Source: Balanoglossus misakiensis (taxonomy: Eukaryota > Animalia > Hemichordata). Taken from it: a stretch of 64,000 bases of DNA. Shown here in pieces: positions 10,543 through 21,666 of the stretch (positions are counted from its first letter, which is position 1; each line of letters begins with the position of its first letter). Under the pieces are notes generated by a model. It saw nothing but the letters and a program-made list of their open reading frames with translations. It did not search any database and was not told where the DNA came from. The translations under genes and the position numbers were made by a program. Where the stretch lies: assembly GCA_040954595.2 (NCBI GenBank), contig CM082592.2, positions 5,488,209 through 5,552,208 of the forward strand, given 5' to 3'.

Positions 10543-13335
10543 TTACAGTTCCATTCTCTGGCTTGAAGACGTGTCTTTAACGTTGCGATACACCGGACGC
10601 GAATTGAGTGGTTGAGGGGGGCGGTAGTTGTTTACCATTCGGCTGATCGGACTTCTTCCAGATGCGGACATATTCAGAATCCTGAATTTCTCCATCTGCG
10701 TTAGGAATAAGGAAAAATGATGATCATTTTGGAGGCAGTTAACAAAATTCCCGAAGCCAAATTCCCAGACTTTCACACTGCAAACTTTTCGGATGTTAAA
10801 AATATCTGCTTTACCTGTGTCTCAGAAAGTTGTACTGGTTCTTTGAATACCGTCCAGATCACGTTTTCAAAACAAGGTGGACTTGTTACAGAGCCACTAT
10901 AGCGGTAGAAACTGGAGAGGTCGGCGGGCAACAAATCCACCATAGAAACTGGATGATCCAGTTTTGTGACGTCACCTACACGGAATACATAATTGGCTGT
11001 GAGAATTAAATGTCTGAACTCGCCGAAAAAAATGTTACCATAATGCATGAAGCGTTCATAGAGGTAGTGGGGAGGGAACGTATGTGTATGCAGTATATGA
11101 AATTATATTATACCAGTATATTGATGGTGTAAATCACGCTATTTGATTGGTTGAGACACGACACGTGACCGTGATATATTAGCCATATACCACAGTCATA
11201 TATCATAGTTAAAGAAAATGCCTTTTTAAAATGTTTTATGCAAAGTTTCAATATACTGGCATAATATAATAGCAATAAAACACCCCCAGCCATGGTATAC
11301 CACTCGATTTTGACCAGTTCAACTCCATATACGCACTCGCTATCGCTCGTGCGTATATGTCGTGAACTGGTCAAAATCTCGTGATATACCATGGCTGGGG
11401 GTGTTTTATTGCTTAAATAACGTACCATTGTAGATAACATCCTCGTGGTAGTCAAGAAATTTGTCATACGCCGCATTGTTTGTTGGTGCAACCTGCGGAG
11501 ACAGAAACGACGTGATTGGGTTTGCAATAATACCAAAAAAACCGTGCTGCCAGGCTGCATTGATAAAACATTTGCATCACTGGTTTGGATATGAAGGAGT
11601 GACAGAATTGATCCCCCGGGGGTCGGTTGCATTAATGCACAGATCTTGAACGAAAATTTGATGGTGACCATACCTCTATGAAAATGCCCAAAACGGCCGT
11701 GCCGTTCACTTTGCCAACTGCCGACCGTTGATTGTCGTAGTCTGTGTTGTGCGTTACGAAATGGAGCTGTGGATGCGAATGTGCAAAGTTATTAAAATAA
11801 TGGACAGGAAAATAGAAAACTTCATTGAGAAATGGTTCGCCCATAATCCTTGCGAACGAACGTCTGACTATCACTATGCTATAATAATTATGATAGGATA
11901 ATACTTCTTACAAGACTAACTGTCCGATATCATCAATACACTTCGTCCTCTACGGAAGTCCCGCCTGGTCTTATTGCCATTTTTAAATCGTGAAAATATC
12001 AATATTTCTTCTAACTTTGTAACTTACCTCGGCACTCATTGCCCGTCCGTTCAGCGTGTGTTCAGATCCCCTGCTACTGTCGCTACCCCAGTGGAGATGA
12101 AAGTGGTCAACTTTGAAGTTGCCGGGTAAACCTCCGCCGGATATGACGCAATTGGCACCGTCATGCCGAACTTGAACTTGACCGCAAAGAAAGACAACCC
12201 GGGTAGAGGTTAAAAAATGAATGAAATAACAATATTTTTTTGCCACATACAGACCCGCTGTCGATCCACTTTGACACCCCCGACTACAAGGCCATCAAAC
12301 TCGAAGTTCTTGTAAGTTGATTTCTTACTATATACGAGGCACAAATTAACAGCTAACGCCGTACTCACCACTATGTCCGTCGTTCACCAGTGTCGCGTTG
12401 TGCCCGCTCTCCGACAATTCACTTTCGCTACAACCGACGAAAGAAAAGTGGCCAAACTCCATCGGCACCGTGTCCCTCTCGACAATGTCCACCGGGGACT
12501 GATTTGACGAGGCGCATTTCGGAATGATGTCGCTCCAGTGTTCGGGCCCTGAAAGAAGCCGTGAACATGCAGTTCCTATTGGTCAGACTCTTAAAAAAAA
12601 CGGGTTGTTAATCTCAATGCAGCGAATATCTGAATATTGCATGATGCAGAAACGTTTGTCCCTCCTTTTGCTGTTTGTGTACTTACCAGTTTCGCCGGAA
12701 TAGCTCCAATCTGTTAAGAAAAGAAGTCGAATACTTAGTAAAGTGGATGATATAACAGTATAAAATCGCTATTAGGCTGAAATATTTTAAAATGGAACCA
12801 CAATTTCTGTCCGCTTATGTTATCGCGAAGTTGTGTGAGAACTGTCCAATTGCAAACTTGATGGTAATGAAACAATTTTACTCTAGTCGCAAGGATGAGG
12901 ATATTCGTTAGGACCCAAGGCTTAACCCTTATTGCGTTGTCGAAGCAAATGGAAGCGGAAGATCTCGGGATCCATGGTTCATTCTCACAACAACGACAAA
13001 AGCTAAACTGTTATAGTCGAGAAAACTGTGATCACGGGGTTCTCCCCTGCCCTCGCCCCCCTCCCCGTACGAGTTCGAGATGGGTGCACTAAAATTAGCT
13101 AGCCTGCAGTGGATTCTGCATATCAATCCAGTCTGACCATACAGACACATTAAGCGGTGTATTTCAGAATGACATTCTGAGTTCTCGTTGGCCCAACGCT
13201 GTCAGCATTAAAGACAAGTCTCTCAAAGAGGGAGGGGGGGGGGCGCAAACGATTCTTACCACCGGTAGCAAAGGATGATCTGACGATCGCCAAAACTGTC
13301 ACCAACGCTGAAATCAGCATCATGATCGTTTTCAT
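10543..13335 (-). CDS. Alpha-carbonic anhydrase A, secreted type (about 300 aa, 8 exons)
   Basis: Exons 13335-13260, 12710-12687, 12548-12369, 12176-12028, 11766-11674, 11492-11426, 10975-10815, 10695-10543 total 903 nt in frame. Hydrophobic signal peptide MKTIMMLISALVTVLAIV; motifs WSY..GPEHW, C..NQSPVDI, NDGHS, HFHLHWG, GSEH, AELHFV, YSGSVTSPPC.E.V.W, NYRPPQPLNSR. All three Zn-binding histidines present; no hydrophobic C-terminal tail. Confidence 0.93.
11271..11413. mobile_element. Palindromic (fold-back) non-autonomous element in CA-A intron 6
   Basis: Arms AGCAATAAAACACCCCCAGCCATGGTATA (29 nt perfect, about 50 nt near-perfect) around an inner CATATACGCAC/GTGCGTATATG stem; no clear TSD. 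Confidence 0.8.
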
Positions 13336-13410
13336 CTCGAAGTCTGACCGACCGACGACCAAGGGCAACCACGACTCGGAAATGGTAGACAACGAGGTGC
13401 AACAGAATGG

Positions 13411-13441
13411 TTTATAAGCCCCCGGGAATCACACCTATTGG
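13411..13441 (-). promoter_or_regulatory. TATA box and CCAAT box of CA-A
   Basis: Minus-strand TATAAA at 13416-13411 and CCAAT at 13441-13437, about 75-105 nt upstream of the ATG at 13335. Confidence 0.55.
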
Positions 13442-15284
13442 CGACTGGAGCTGACTTTGCCTTTTGACAATGAACAGTTCAACTTTAACCTGTCAATTGA
13501 ATTGAACGGTGAGAATTGGGCCTTTATTCCCTGTAACAATGGCGACAACATGCGAGGTGCCAGCGTCTTGGTGCACGTCATAATCATTTCTAATTTAAGC
13601 GGGTTGACCAATCTCAGACAATTTCGATAAATTATAGGAATATGCAGGTTGGTTCTTTTCACGTGATAATTTGCTTAATCTTGACTTGTTTTGAAGCCTA
13701 GTTCTTGAAGACCGATAACAATATTTGAGTGAATTTAACAAAACCAGAAGTATACACGGGTGTGATAATATATTTTCTCCGACTCTATATTTAAAATCAG
13801 TCACGTGATCGTCCAGGCATATTCCCGTGTTTGCGAATTTATCTTATTCTAAATATTGGATTTTGATGTCAATATTTCGTTAACTGTACGTTAAATCCAA
13901 TTAACCGTTACCTAATTTGCAACCCTTACCTGAATTTGAAACCTGTGGGTGTGCTTTGTAGAGTGTCAACTTTGCCCGAGTGCTGTGGCTAGCCCTCCCC
14001 GATCACAGATCAACACGCATTATTTCTTGTTCCAACGAAATACATTAACATGATAGTGCAATCACTTAATTTAATTAAGGTCATCGTGTTCACACTATAG
14101 ATTATCACAGGAAAGGGTCTGACTCTCCATCTAATTATCCCGTTCACAACTTTTACAATAGAGAGACTCTGCTGCTGGCACCTCTGAACGTTTTGGCGGT
14201 AAATATTTAGTTGGTAATGGAACCGATCTTGCATTGCAACGCTTTGATATTTGCACATCCCGGAAAAATCCGGAAGCCTGATCTGTATTACTAGTATTAC
14301 TAGTATTCCGTTTGCCATCAGTCAATCACTCTTGATTGTTCCACCGTCTCAAATGAACGCTCAAGGCTGTGTACTTGACTGTATGATGTGATGATGTGAG
14401 CAATGAGCATTATCTGTCTGTGTATGACGGCGAGGAAGACTTGTTTGTTTAACTTCTCGTTAAATGTATATCAAGAGAAGTGACTGTGTGAAGCTTGGAA
14501 ATTATAACTGCAATGTGTGTTCTGACAATGGAAGTCATGGAAGTGTTTTTTCTGGTTATCTTCTTCCGATTCGTCAATTACTTCCCTGCGTCAACTTCAC
14601 AGACGACATTTTTGTACCATCTTCCCGCCGAACAATTGATGATTTCGCAATATGCATCAGCTGATTGCTTCGATGTTCATCGCAGACACAACAGCTGTGC
14701 ATTCTGCATACATGTATATGCACCTGTGTCATTCATAATTAAAACTGGCTATCCATATCCAAATTTGCTTGTCCGGGGGACAAACGTTAACGATGCCACG
14801 CGGCCGTGGCACGACAGCGCCCGTCCTCGGATCCCTGCGTTTTGGAGGTGAATTTTGGTTTTCCCTATCACCAGTCTACACCGTGGTGACGGTCTGGTGA
14901 CGGTGGTGCATTTCGCAATCCCTTTACTGGGCAAGTTGAACGCGTTTATAGGAAGATGGGCGATATTCGGCAATATAATTCTGACGGACACAATTCCCGA
15001 ATTGAAGCAAGCCATTGATCGCAGGCGAACGGGTAAGTACACAACGTTATGATATTTGAGAACACACAAATCGATGTTTTCTTTTTCTTTTATAGGATGA
15101 GGTGAAAGTCAATTTCTAGGACATCACGTGTGTGTTGACCCGTTAAAGCAACAGTAAGATTTACACGGTCAGTACTCAGTACAAGTTATGTCGCTCTTAA
15201 ATGAGACTAAAAGTTAGTGAGTATATTGTAGCGCCGCTGCCATGCTTGTCGCAGGCTCTTGACAAAGTTCGAAGCTCGCGGAGT

Positions 15285-15296
15285 GGCGCATGCGCA
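15285..15296. promoter_or_regulatory. NRF1-like palindrome upstream of GAL3ST-A
   Basis: GGCGCATGCGCA in a CpG-rich patch about 250 nt before the first coding exon. Confidence 0.35.
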
Positions 15297-15545
15297 ATTA
15301 CTCGCAGCACGTGGAACATTGCCTGGAAACGTTGTCTTCCATCGTTCTATTCTCTGCACAATGAAAACAGTTGACGTTTGATGATGGCTACGTTTGAGAA
15401 TATCTCAGATTATTGGCAAAAGTTTTGGTAATGGTGTAAAAATCAAGCCCCAAGACGTGTAGGAACTGCGCCGTACCTTTCAGGTCCATTTCTGGACGAA
15501 TTTATTTTCACCAAATGCTATTCTTCTCTGCAGGCAAATTCGAGC

Positions 15546-17124
15546 ATGGTGACTTCATCTCGTTTACGCCTGCTGTTTGCTCTGATGATAGCTGCAGCGT
15601 ATGTCTACGTCACCGTAATACACAGAGCCGAACTTAAAACAAATTCTCTCCAGGTCAGAAAGTTGGTCATGAGGTAAGGGCACCACAGCTGTTTCATCAT
15701 GTCATTTTTTTAAAAGTGACAAACTTCTGAAAATAAATTAGCACTTTCCTTTTTAATGCATTGTGTTCTGCTTCATAGTAAACACAGAGCCCAATTTACA
15801 GTGGGCGGAAAAGTTAACACCGTAATCAATGAGCGAACGGAACGTTTGTTTCGAACCCCGAACGTTCAAGTTTGTCCGACCTGTGCATGCAGTAGACAGC
15901 TACAAACCTATAGACCCACAGGTAATGACAAGGATGAATTTAGGCCCTATATCATTTGTCAGTAGGAAAACTCTTCCGTTTCTCGGAAGACGGAGGAATT
16001 CGTCGGAAACGCAAGACAAACCGCCTCCGTGTGACCCGATCAAACAGATCGTCTTCATCAAGACCCACAAAACGGCCAGCACGACCACAAACACGCTGAT
16101 TCAGCGCTACGGCCTGAAGCACCGGTTGCGGTTCGCGCTGCCGCGGGGGAACCACATCTTCCGCGAGAGCGAGCCGTTCTCCTGCTGGATGCTGTACAGG
16201 CAGCCCCCGCCGGTGGGGCAGGGCGGCGGCCGCCAGTTCAACGTCATTGCCAATCACCTGCGGTACAACCGAAGAGAGCTGGAGAAGGCGGTGCCCGACG
16301 CCACCTACGTCACCATCCTGCGCAGCCCGGTGCCGAGATTCGAGTCGGCGTTCGGATATTACGACATCCCGAAGAAAGTTGGACTTCGCCGGCGGAAAGA
16401 TCCCCTGGAAGCATTCATGAAATCACCAGATCGTTTTCTCCGCAAGAAGCGCTTTTCGATGAAACATCAATTTAGAAACGGCATGATGTTCAATTTGGGA
16501 TACGATGTTCGATTTGACAAAAATCAGTTGATGATGAAAAAATATATAGACAAGCTGGACGCAGAATTAGATTTAGTTATGATATCAGAATATTACGACG
16601 AGTCGCTTCTTCTGTTGAAGAAATTATTGTGCTGGGACTTCCAGGATATTCTCTACATTCCAAAAGGACACAGAAGCCAAAACAGACGCTACGAGATTTC
16701 TGGTCCCCTCGCCAAGAAAATTATAGATTGGAATCAGGCAGATTATCAACTGTACGAACATTTTAACCGGACGTTCTGGAGGAAGATCCAGGACTACGGT
16801 CCAGATTTCCAGAAAGATCTCGCTGAATTTCGCAAGCGTCAAAGCGAGTTCTATGAAAGTTGCGTGGATGGCAACAAGGTGAAACACATGCAAGGTCGGG
16901 AGGCCGCTCTTGTGATGAAGGCCAACGCATCGGATGAGTGCAAGATGAGCTTTTACCGAGTTAACAGTTTTCATTATAAACTGCTCAAGATGGCCAGGCT
17001 TGATGAGGAGGGCACCCCCGAGAACAGGACTGCGCATGTAGACTTGAAACGAAAAAGTGATCCGTCGAAAGCCATGCCACGATTACGTTTCGCGCGAGAC
17101 TACGCGAGGAGAGTTCATGTGTAA
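15546..17124 (+). CDS. Galactose-3-O-sulfotransferase family protein A (type II Golgi membrane protein, about 429 aa)
   Basis: Exon 15546-15673 (MVTSSRLRLLFALMIAAAYVYVTVIH, signal anchor; GTAAGG donor, phase 2) joins 15963-17124 in frame. PAPS-binding FIKTHKTASTT, RYG...L.FALP, HLRYN, TILRSP..RFES.F.YY, LDLVMI.EYYDESL.LLK.LLCW, WN..D..LY.HFN.TFW are GAL3ST hallmarks. Paralogue number not assignable. Confidence 0.92.
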
Positions 17125-19032
17125 TGATTTTTCGCGAGACTTAATTACCGTAGCAACGGCTTGCTGGCCAAGTAATACAAGTCAAACTTTTCATGAGACT
17201 AGAATAGGTGCAAACATGTAGATTTGTGTCGTTTAACACGATGGGTCATGCCCATATACGCATTTTAGAAATCCATTAGCCTATTAAATTATTCTTTTCA
17301 CTATGTCATCCATCAAATGTCTAAGTCCCAAGTATAATTAAATGCCTGACATATAAGATGAAAACGCTTTTACGAGAATATTGTAAAGGCCGAAGAAACG
17401 AACGATTGTTATTCGTCTAAAGAAAACAACAAAAAATCATAATTCAGTTAAAGCACTTCGGTACAGGAACTAATTGTATATTTTTCATGATTTTACCTCA
17501 GTTGGCTTTTACCAAAAGCATTGTCTATTGGCCTCAATGAGTCTTTGTTGAGGGCCGCGGTGGTACCCAGGTAAATATTATTACGAGTATCTTACTGGGG
17601 TTACCCAGCCATTTTACCGGGGTTGATTTGTCGTGCAATTTTATAAACGGGCAGCAGAAATGTTACCAGGATTCCCAGAATGTTACCCAACCTTAGCAAA
17701 ACACGTCCCTGTACTTGTGCAGTCAAACGAAAGTATCTCGGAACGAAAATTGACGTATACAAATTTAACCTATCGGTCTGTTGTAGCTCAGACTTTTTGC
17801 CTTCTGTAACTGCGCTATACTAAAAGTCTTTTAGTTTACTCTTTTCGCCGATTGTGTGTATTTTCGTGGGAGCAAATACCCTGGTTTGTTAGCGTTTTAA
17901 TTAATTGTGCATTAATGAGGGTGTATAGATGAGGGAAATTGGGTTAAATGTGGAGCTAATATTGCTGAACATTGATCCATCTGCTGTCGACTGACGTGAA
18001 AGTGTCACCATAGCAACACGTGACAATAACAGCATTGCAGGGAGACGCCACTGAGAATTATACCAACACAACAAAATGTGGAAATAAGAAACGCTGCAGT
18101 TTGAGGTACCCGCAGTTTTCCCTTGTTAATTAAATCCATTACATAAGGTTGAACACTCGGATTCATTGATTTTCTGCAAACAAAACACACCAGTCCCAGC
18201 TATTGTGGCCGGTGTAGCAAGCAAAAACATGGCCGTCGTTAGTTGGTGTTTAATATTGATGGCTACTTGGTCTAGTATATTCTGAAAGAATACGTGACGG
18301 TAATAGACACGAGCTGCAGACAATATCCAGGCTGTTGTCTCGCCCAGGGTCTGCCACTAAGAAATCAAGCAGCCGGAGCGACGAGATTTAAAATCGTTCG
18401 CGCTGTCGGCAATGATGCGTGGGAGCGACCTGTTGAGCGCCTCTTGATGTCAGAGCCAAATATGACAGTTGTGACGACGCTACACATCTGTCACACTGCA
18501 GCTCAGTATCTACATTTGTCAAGGAGTCCGAAGGAAGAAGCATCTCGTATGCAGACAGCACGTATAAAATCGTCAACTGGAAAACGCTTGGCAGGAAATT
18601 TAAGGTGTGTACCGAATGTGTTGTTAAAACTAAACTAATATCGTTAAGTAACACGGTCAAAGATATAAAAAAAAATCGGTGGTCGCTCTTAAATTTATTG
18701 GGAAAAGTAACACTGTTTGAACGTGAATGTTATTATCATGGCCATTTCCTAGTTCGTCCTTTAACGGGGGTATTTAAACGGTGGAACAGTTCTGCGCTCC
18801 AGTCGACCGAACTCTGTACTCGACCAAATCAATATCGTTGAACAAATTAATAATACATGCTGATCAAATTCGAGTGACCGGCATTGCCTGGCAAGGTCTT
18901 AGGAGGCACTGGCAATACATTTAGTTCTTCCAAGGTTTTCACGACAGAGAATAGGTTTGTTTGCCTCCACCCTTTTTGAGAGTTCTTTGCCGCCTGATCA
19001 TCTGCTTTCTTTCGCAGGTGAAAATCGCTTGA

Positions 19033-20978
19033 ATGATGGCTGGCATGGCATTCTCGAAGACTCGTCTCTTTGTCCTGTTGACGCTGGCTGTCACGATCTA
19101 CATCGTGATCGTCCACACAACTCTTCGCGACGACGTCGTCTTTGCCAACATTGAGAACTACGTCATGAGGTATTAGAGCGAATATTGTGATATTACTTTG
19201 TTGTACACGTACTTCGCATATTATGGCCTTCTTTGAAGTTGTAAACGGCGCTGAAAATATCTTTTTTTTCGTACATTTGTACTAGCTGTCTATGATTTGT
19301 ATTATCAGTTGAAGATCCATTTATCTGTAATTGCGGATTTTTTGTTTACATTCTCCGTCATAGTTTATTGTTCGCCTCCACCAATCTAACTATTATTCGC
19401 CTCCATCAATCAAATTACATAAATGTATCATCGCAGTAAATATCAGCACACTGAGCAATGATGACATGAATTCACTTCAATTCATTCATCTTATAGGTGA
19501 GTGAGATAAAGCTTTACGCATGGAGATACCGCCAATCTGCATGTTCACATCAATCCCCGGTTTGACGTTTGACCTCTCTCTTCCAACTCCCCAGTCAGGG
19601 AAGGCCGCCTTTAGAAGACCAGAATCATCCCGACAGACAAGCGAGTGCGATGAACCGAAATTGCACACCAGCCAAACAGATCATCTTCATCAAGACCCAC
19701 AAGACGGCCAGCACCACCACAAACACGCTCATACAACGCTACGGTTTGAGGAACGGCTTGCTGTTTGCGCTGCCCAAGGGAAACCAGATATTTAACGAGA
19801 ACGTGCCGTTCTCCCGCAAGATGATGTTTCAGGCAGCGCCGCCGCCCGACAAGGGCCCCGTCTTCAACGTCATCGCCAACCACCTGCGCTACAACAGGGC
19901 GGAACTCGAGAAGGCCGTGCCGGGCGCCCACCACATCACAATCCTGCGCCACCCGGTGGCCAAATTTGAATCCACGTTCGGCTACTACTCGGTGGACAAG
20001 ACCCTGCGCCTGATGCACTACTCCAATCCGCTGGCGGCGTTCATGCAGTCCCCGGGCAGATATTTCCGCCACCGCAAATTTGCGATGAAGAACCAGCTGA
20101 GAAACGGCATGATGTTCACCTTGGGGTTTGATCATAGGTTCGACAATGACAACTTGATGATCAGAAAATACATAGATACGCTGGATGCAGAACTAGATCT
20201 AGTTTTGATAACTGAATATTACGACGAGTCACTTCTTCTCTTGAAGAAATTATTGTGCTGGGACTTCCAGGATATTCTCTACATACCAAAAGGATACAGG
20301 AGCCAAAACAGACGCTACGAGATTTCTGATTCTCTAGCGAAGAAAATTCTAGATTGGAATCAGGCAGATTATCAACTGTACGAACATTTTAACCGGACGT
20401 TCTGGAGGAAGATCCAAGAGTACGGTCCAGATTTCCAGAAAGATCTCGCTGAATTTCGCAAGAGGCAACGCGAGTTTTATGACAAGTGCGTGGATGACGA
20501 CAAGTTGAGGCGATACCAAGGGCGGGAAGATGCTCTGGTTATGAAGAGAAACGCCCCGGTCGATTGTCAAGTGTCTTTCTTCAGGGTAGACAAGTTTCAC
20601 CACATGTTGAAAAGGGAAACGAGGGGACTGCAAACGATACCCGCGAAATACGTGTCCGGCGCGGGCGAGAAGGGATTCGGCACCGACGGCGAGGGCGGTG
20701 CCCACACCGGCAATGCCACGTCCAGCAAAGCTCCTGGCGCCAGCTCGGAGGTTCTGGAGCCAATTGCTATGGCAACAAGGATAGGAAAACCGCGGGTAGA
20801 GCACGAACAAGTCATGTTTAAGCGCAGGCGCCGGCAGAGGGTTGTCGGGGCACGGCGTGCACTCGACGGCTACGTTGGCCAGATACCGGGAAGACCGATA
20901 CAACCGTACGTGGGGGTCCGGACTCGGATGCGACCCGTTCGTGGGCCGCGTCGGAAGCCGTTCCATCCACATGGGTGA
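19033..20978 (+). CDS. Galactose-3-O-sulfotransferase family protein B (about 506 aa, long C-terminal extension)
   Basis: Exon 19033-19169 (MMAGMAFSKTRLFVLLTLAVTIYIVIVH, phase 2 as in copy A) joins 19595-20978. Same GAL3ST motifs and two-coding-exon layout as copy A, consistent with tandem duplication. Confidence 0.92.
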
Positions 20979-21321
20979 TGTCAACCTCCATCGACAAAGT
21001 TACAACCCATCACGATTGGCGATGATTGGCGGAAAGAAGATACCCTTCAGAGATTAATATCACTTGCCAAGACTTGATTCACAAAATGATACGATGTCAT
21101 GTCCTTGGCAGGAAGGAAGAAACACTTCACAGGTTACTTTTCAAGTTTGAATTCACACTTCATGTTGGGCTCTCGTCACGTTCTTGTTTCCTTTGTTGTC
21201 GACATCGTCGCTGACAACTTTTCAAGTACATGTACTCTTTCCAGGAAAAAGAACTAAAAATGTTTCTACGTTTATGTAAACGAGGAGGAGATGGGTGAAC
21301 CAGTGTTTTGTCGACAATGGC

Positions 21322-21347
21322 AAAAAAAAAAAAAAAAAAAAAAAAAA
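21322..21347. repeat. poly-A tract between the convergent GAL3ST-B and CA-B ends
   Basis: Run of about 26 A read directly. Confidence 0.85.
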
Positions 21348-21666
21348 CAACCCACAAAAAACAACCTGGAATTATCTCTACCCGGTTGCAAAATGATTTA
21401 ATTTGCATGAATGCCAGTCGGCCAGGCGGCAGTCTCTCACGTTTTAGTGTGAGTTTGGGTAACAGTACATTTACGAATGGTCTTTTGTTGAGGGAGTCAT
21501 ATGGTCCACGGTTACCGTGTATGGTCAGAAAGAGCGCTTACGGTCAGAAATGACGTCAACGTACTGAAAACTGTGTTCAAGACTTCTATCTACAGCATAT
21601 GTAGATCTGATTGTATTTTTCCACATTCAATAATATAAGCTTTCATCCCCTGGAAACCCCAGCATA

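Noticed and set aside
11108-11671. 187-aa minus-strand ORF inside CA-A
   Set aside because: Crosses exon 6 out of frame and runs through a palindromic repeat; not a credible protein.
15829-15962. N-terminal part of the 431-aa ORF (MSERNVCF...) as the true start of GAL3ST-A
   Set aside because: It lacks a signal anchor. An upstream TM-encoding exon (15546-15673) splices in frame at 15963, mirroring copy B, so this stretch is probably intron.
19611-20984. Antisense ORFs of 174 and 211 aa over GAL3ST-B, and 137 aa over GAL3ST-A
   Set aside because: Mirror frames of the real coding strand; their similarity to each other simply reflects the paralogy.
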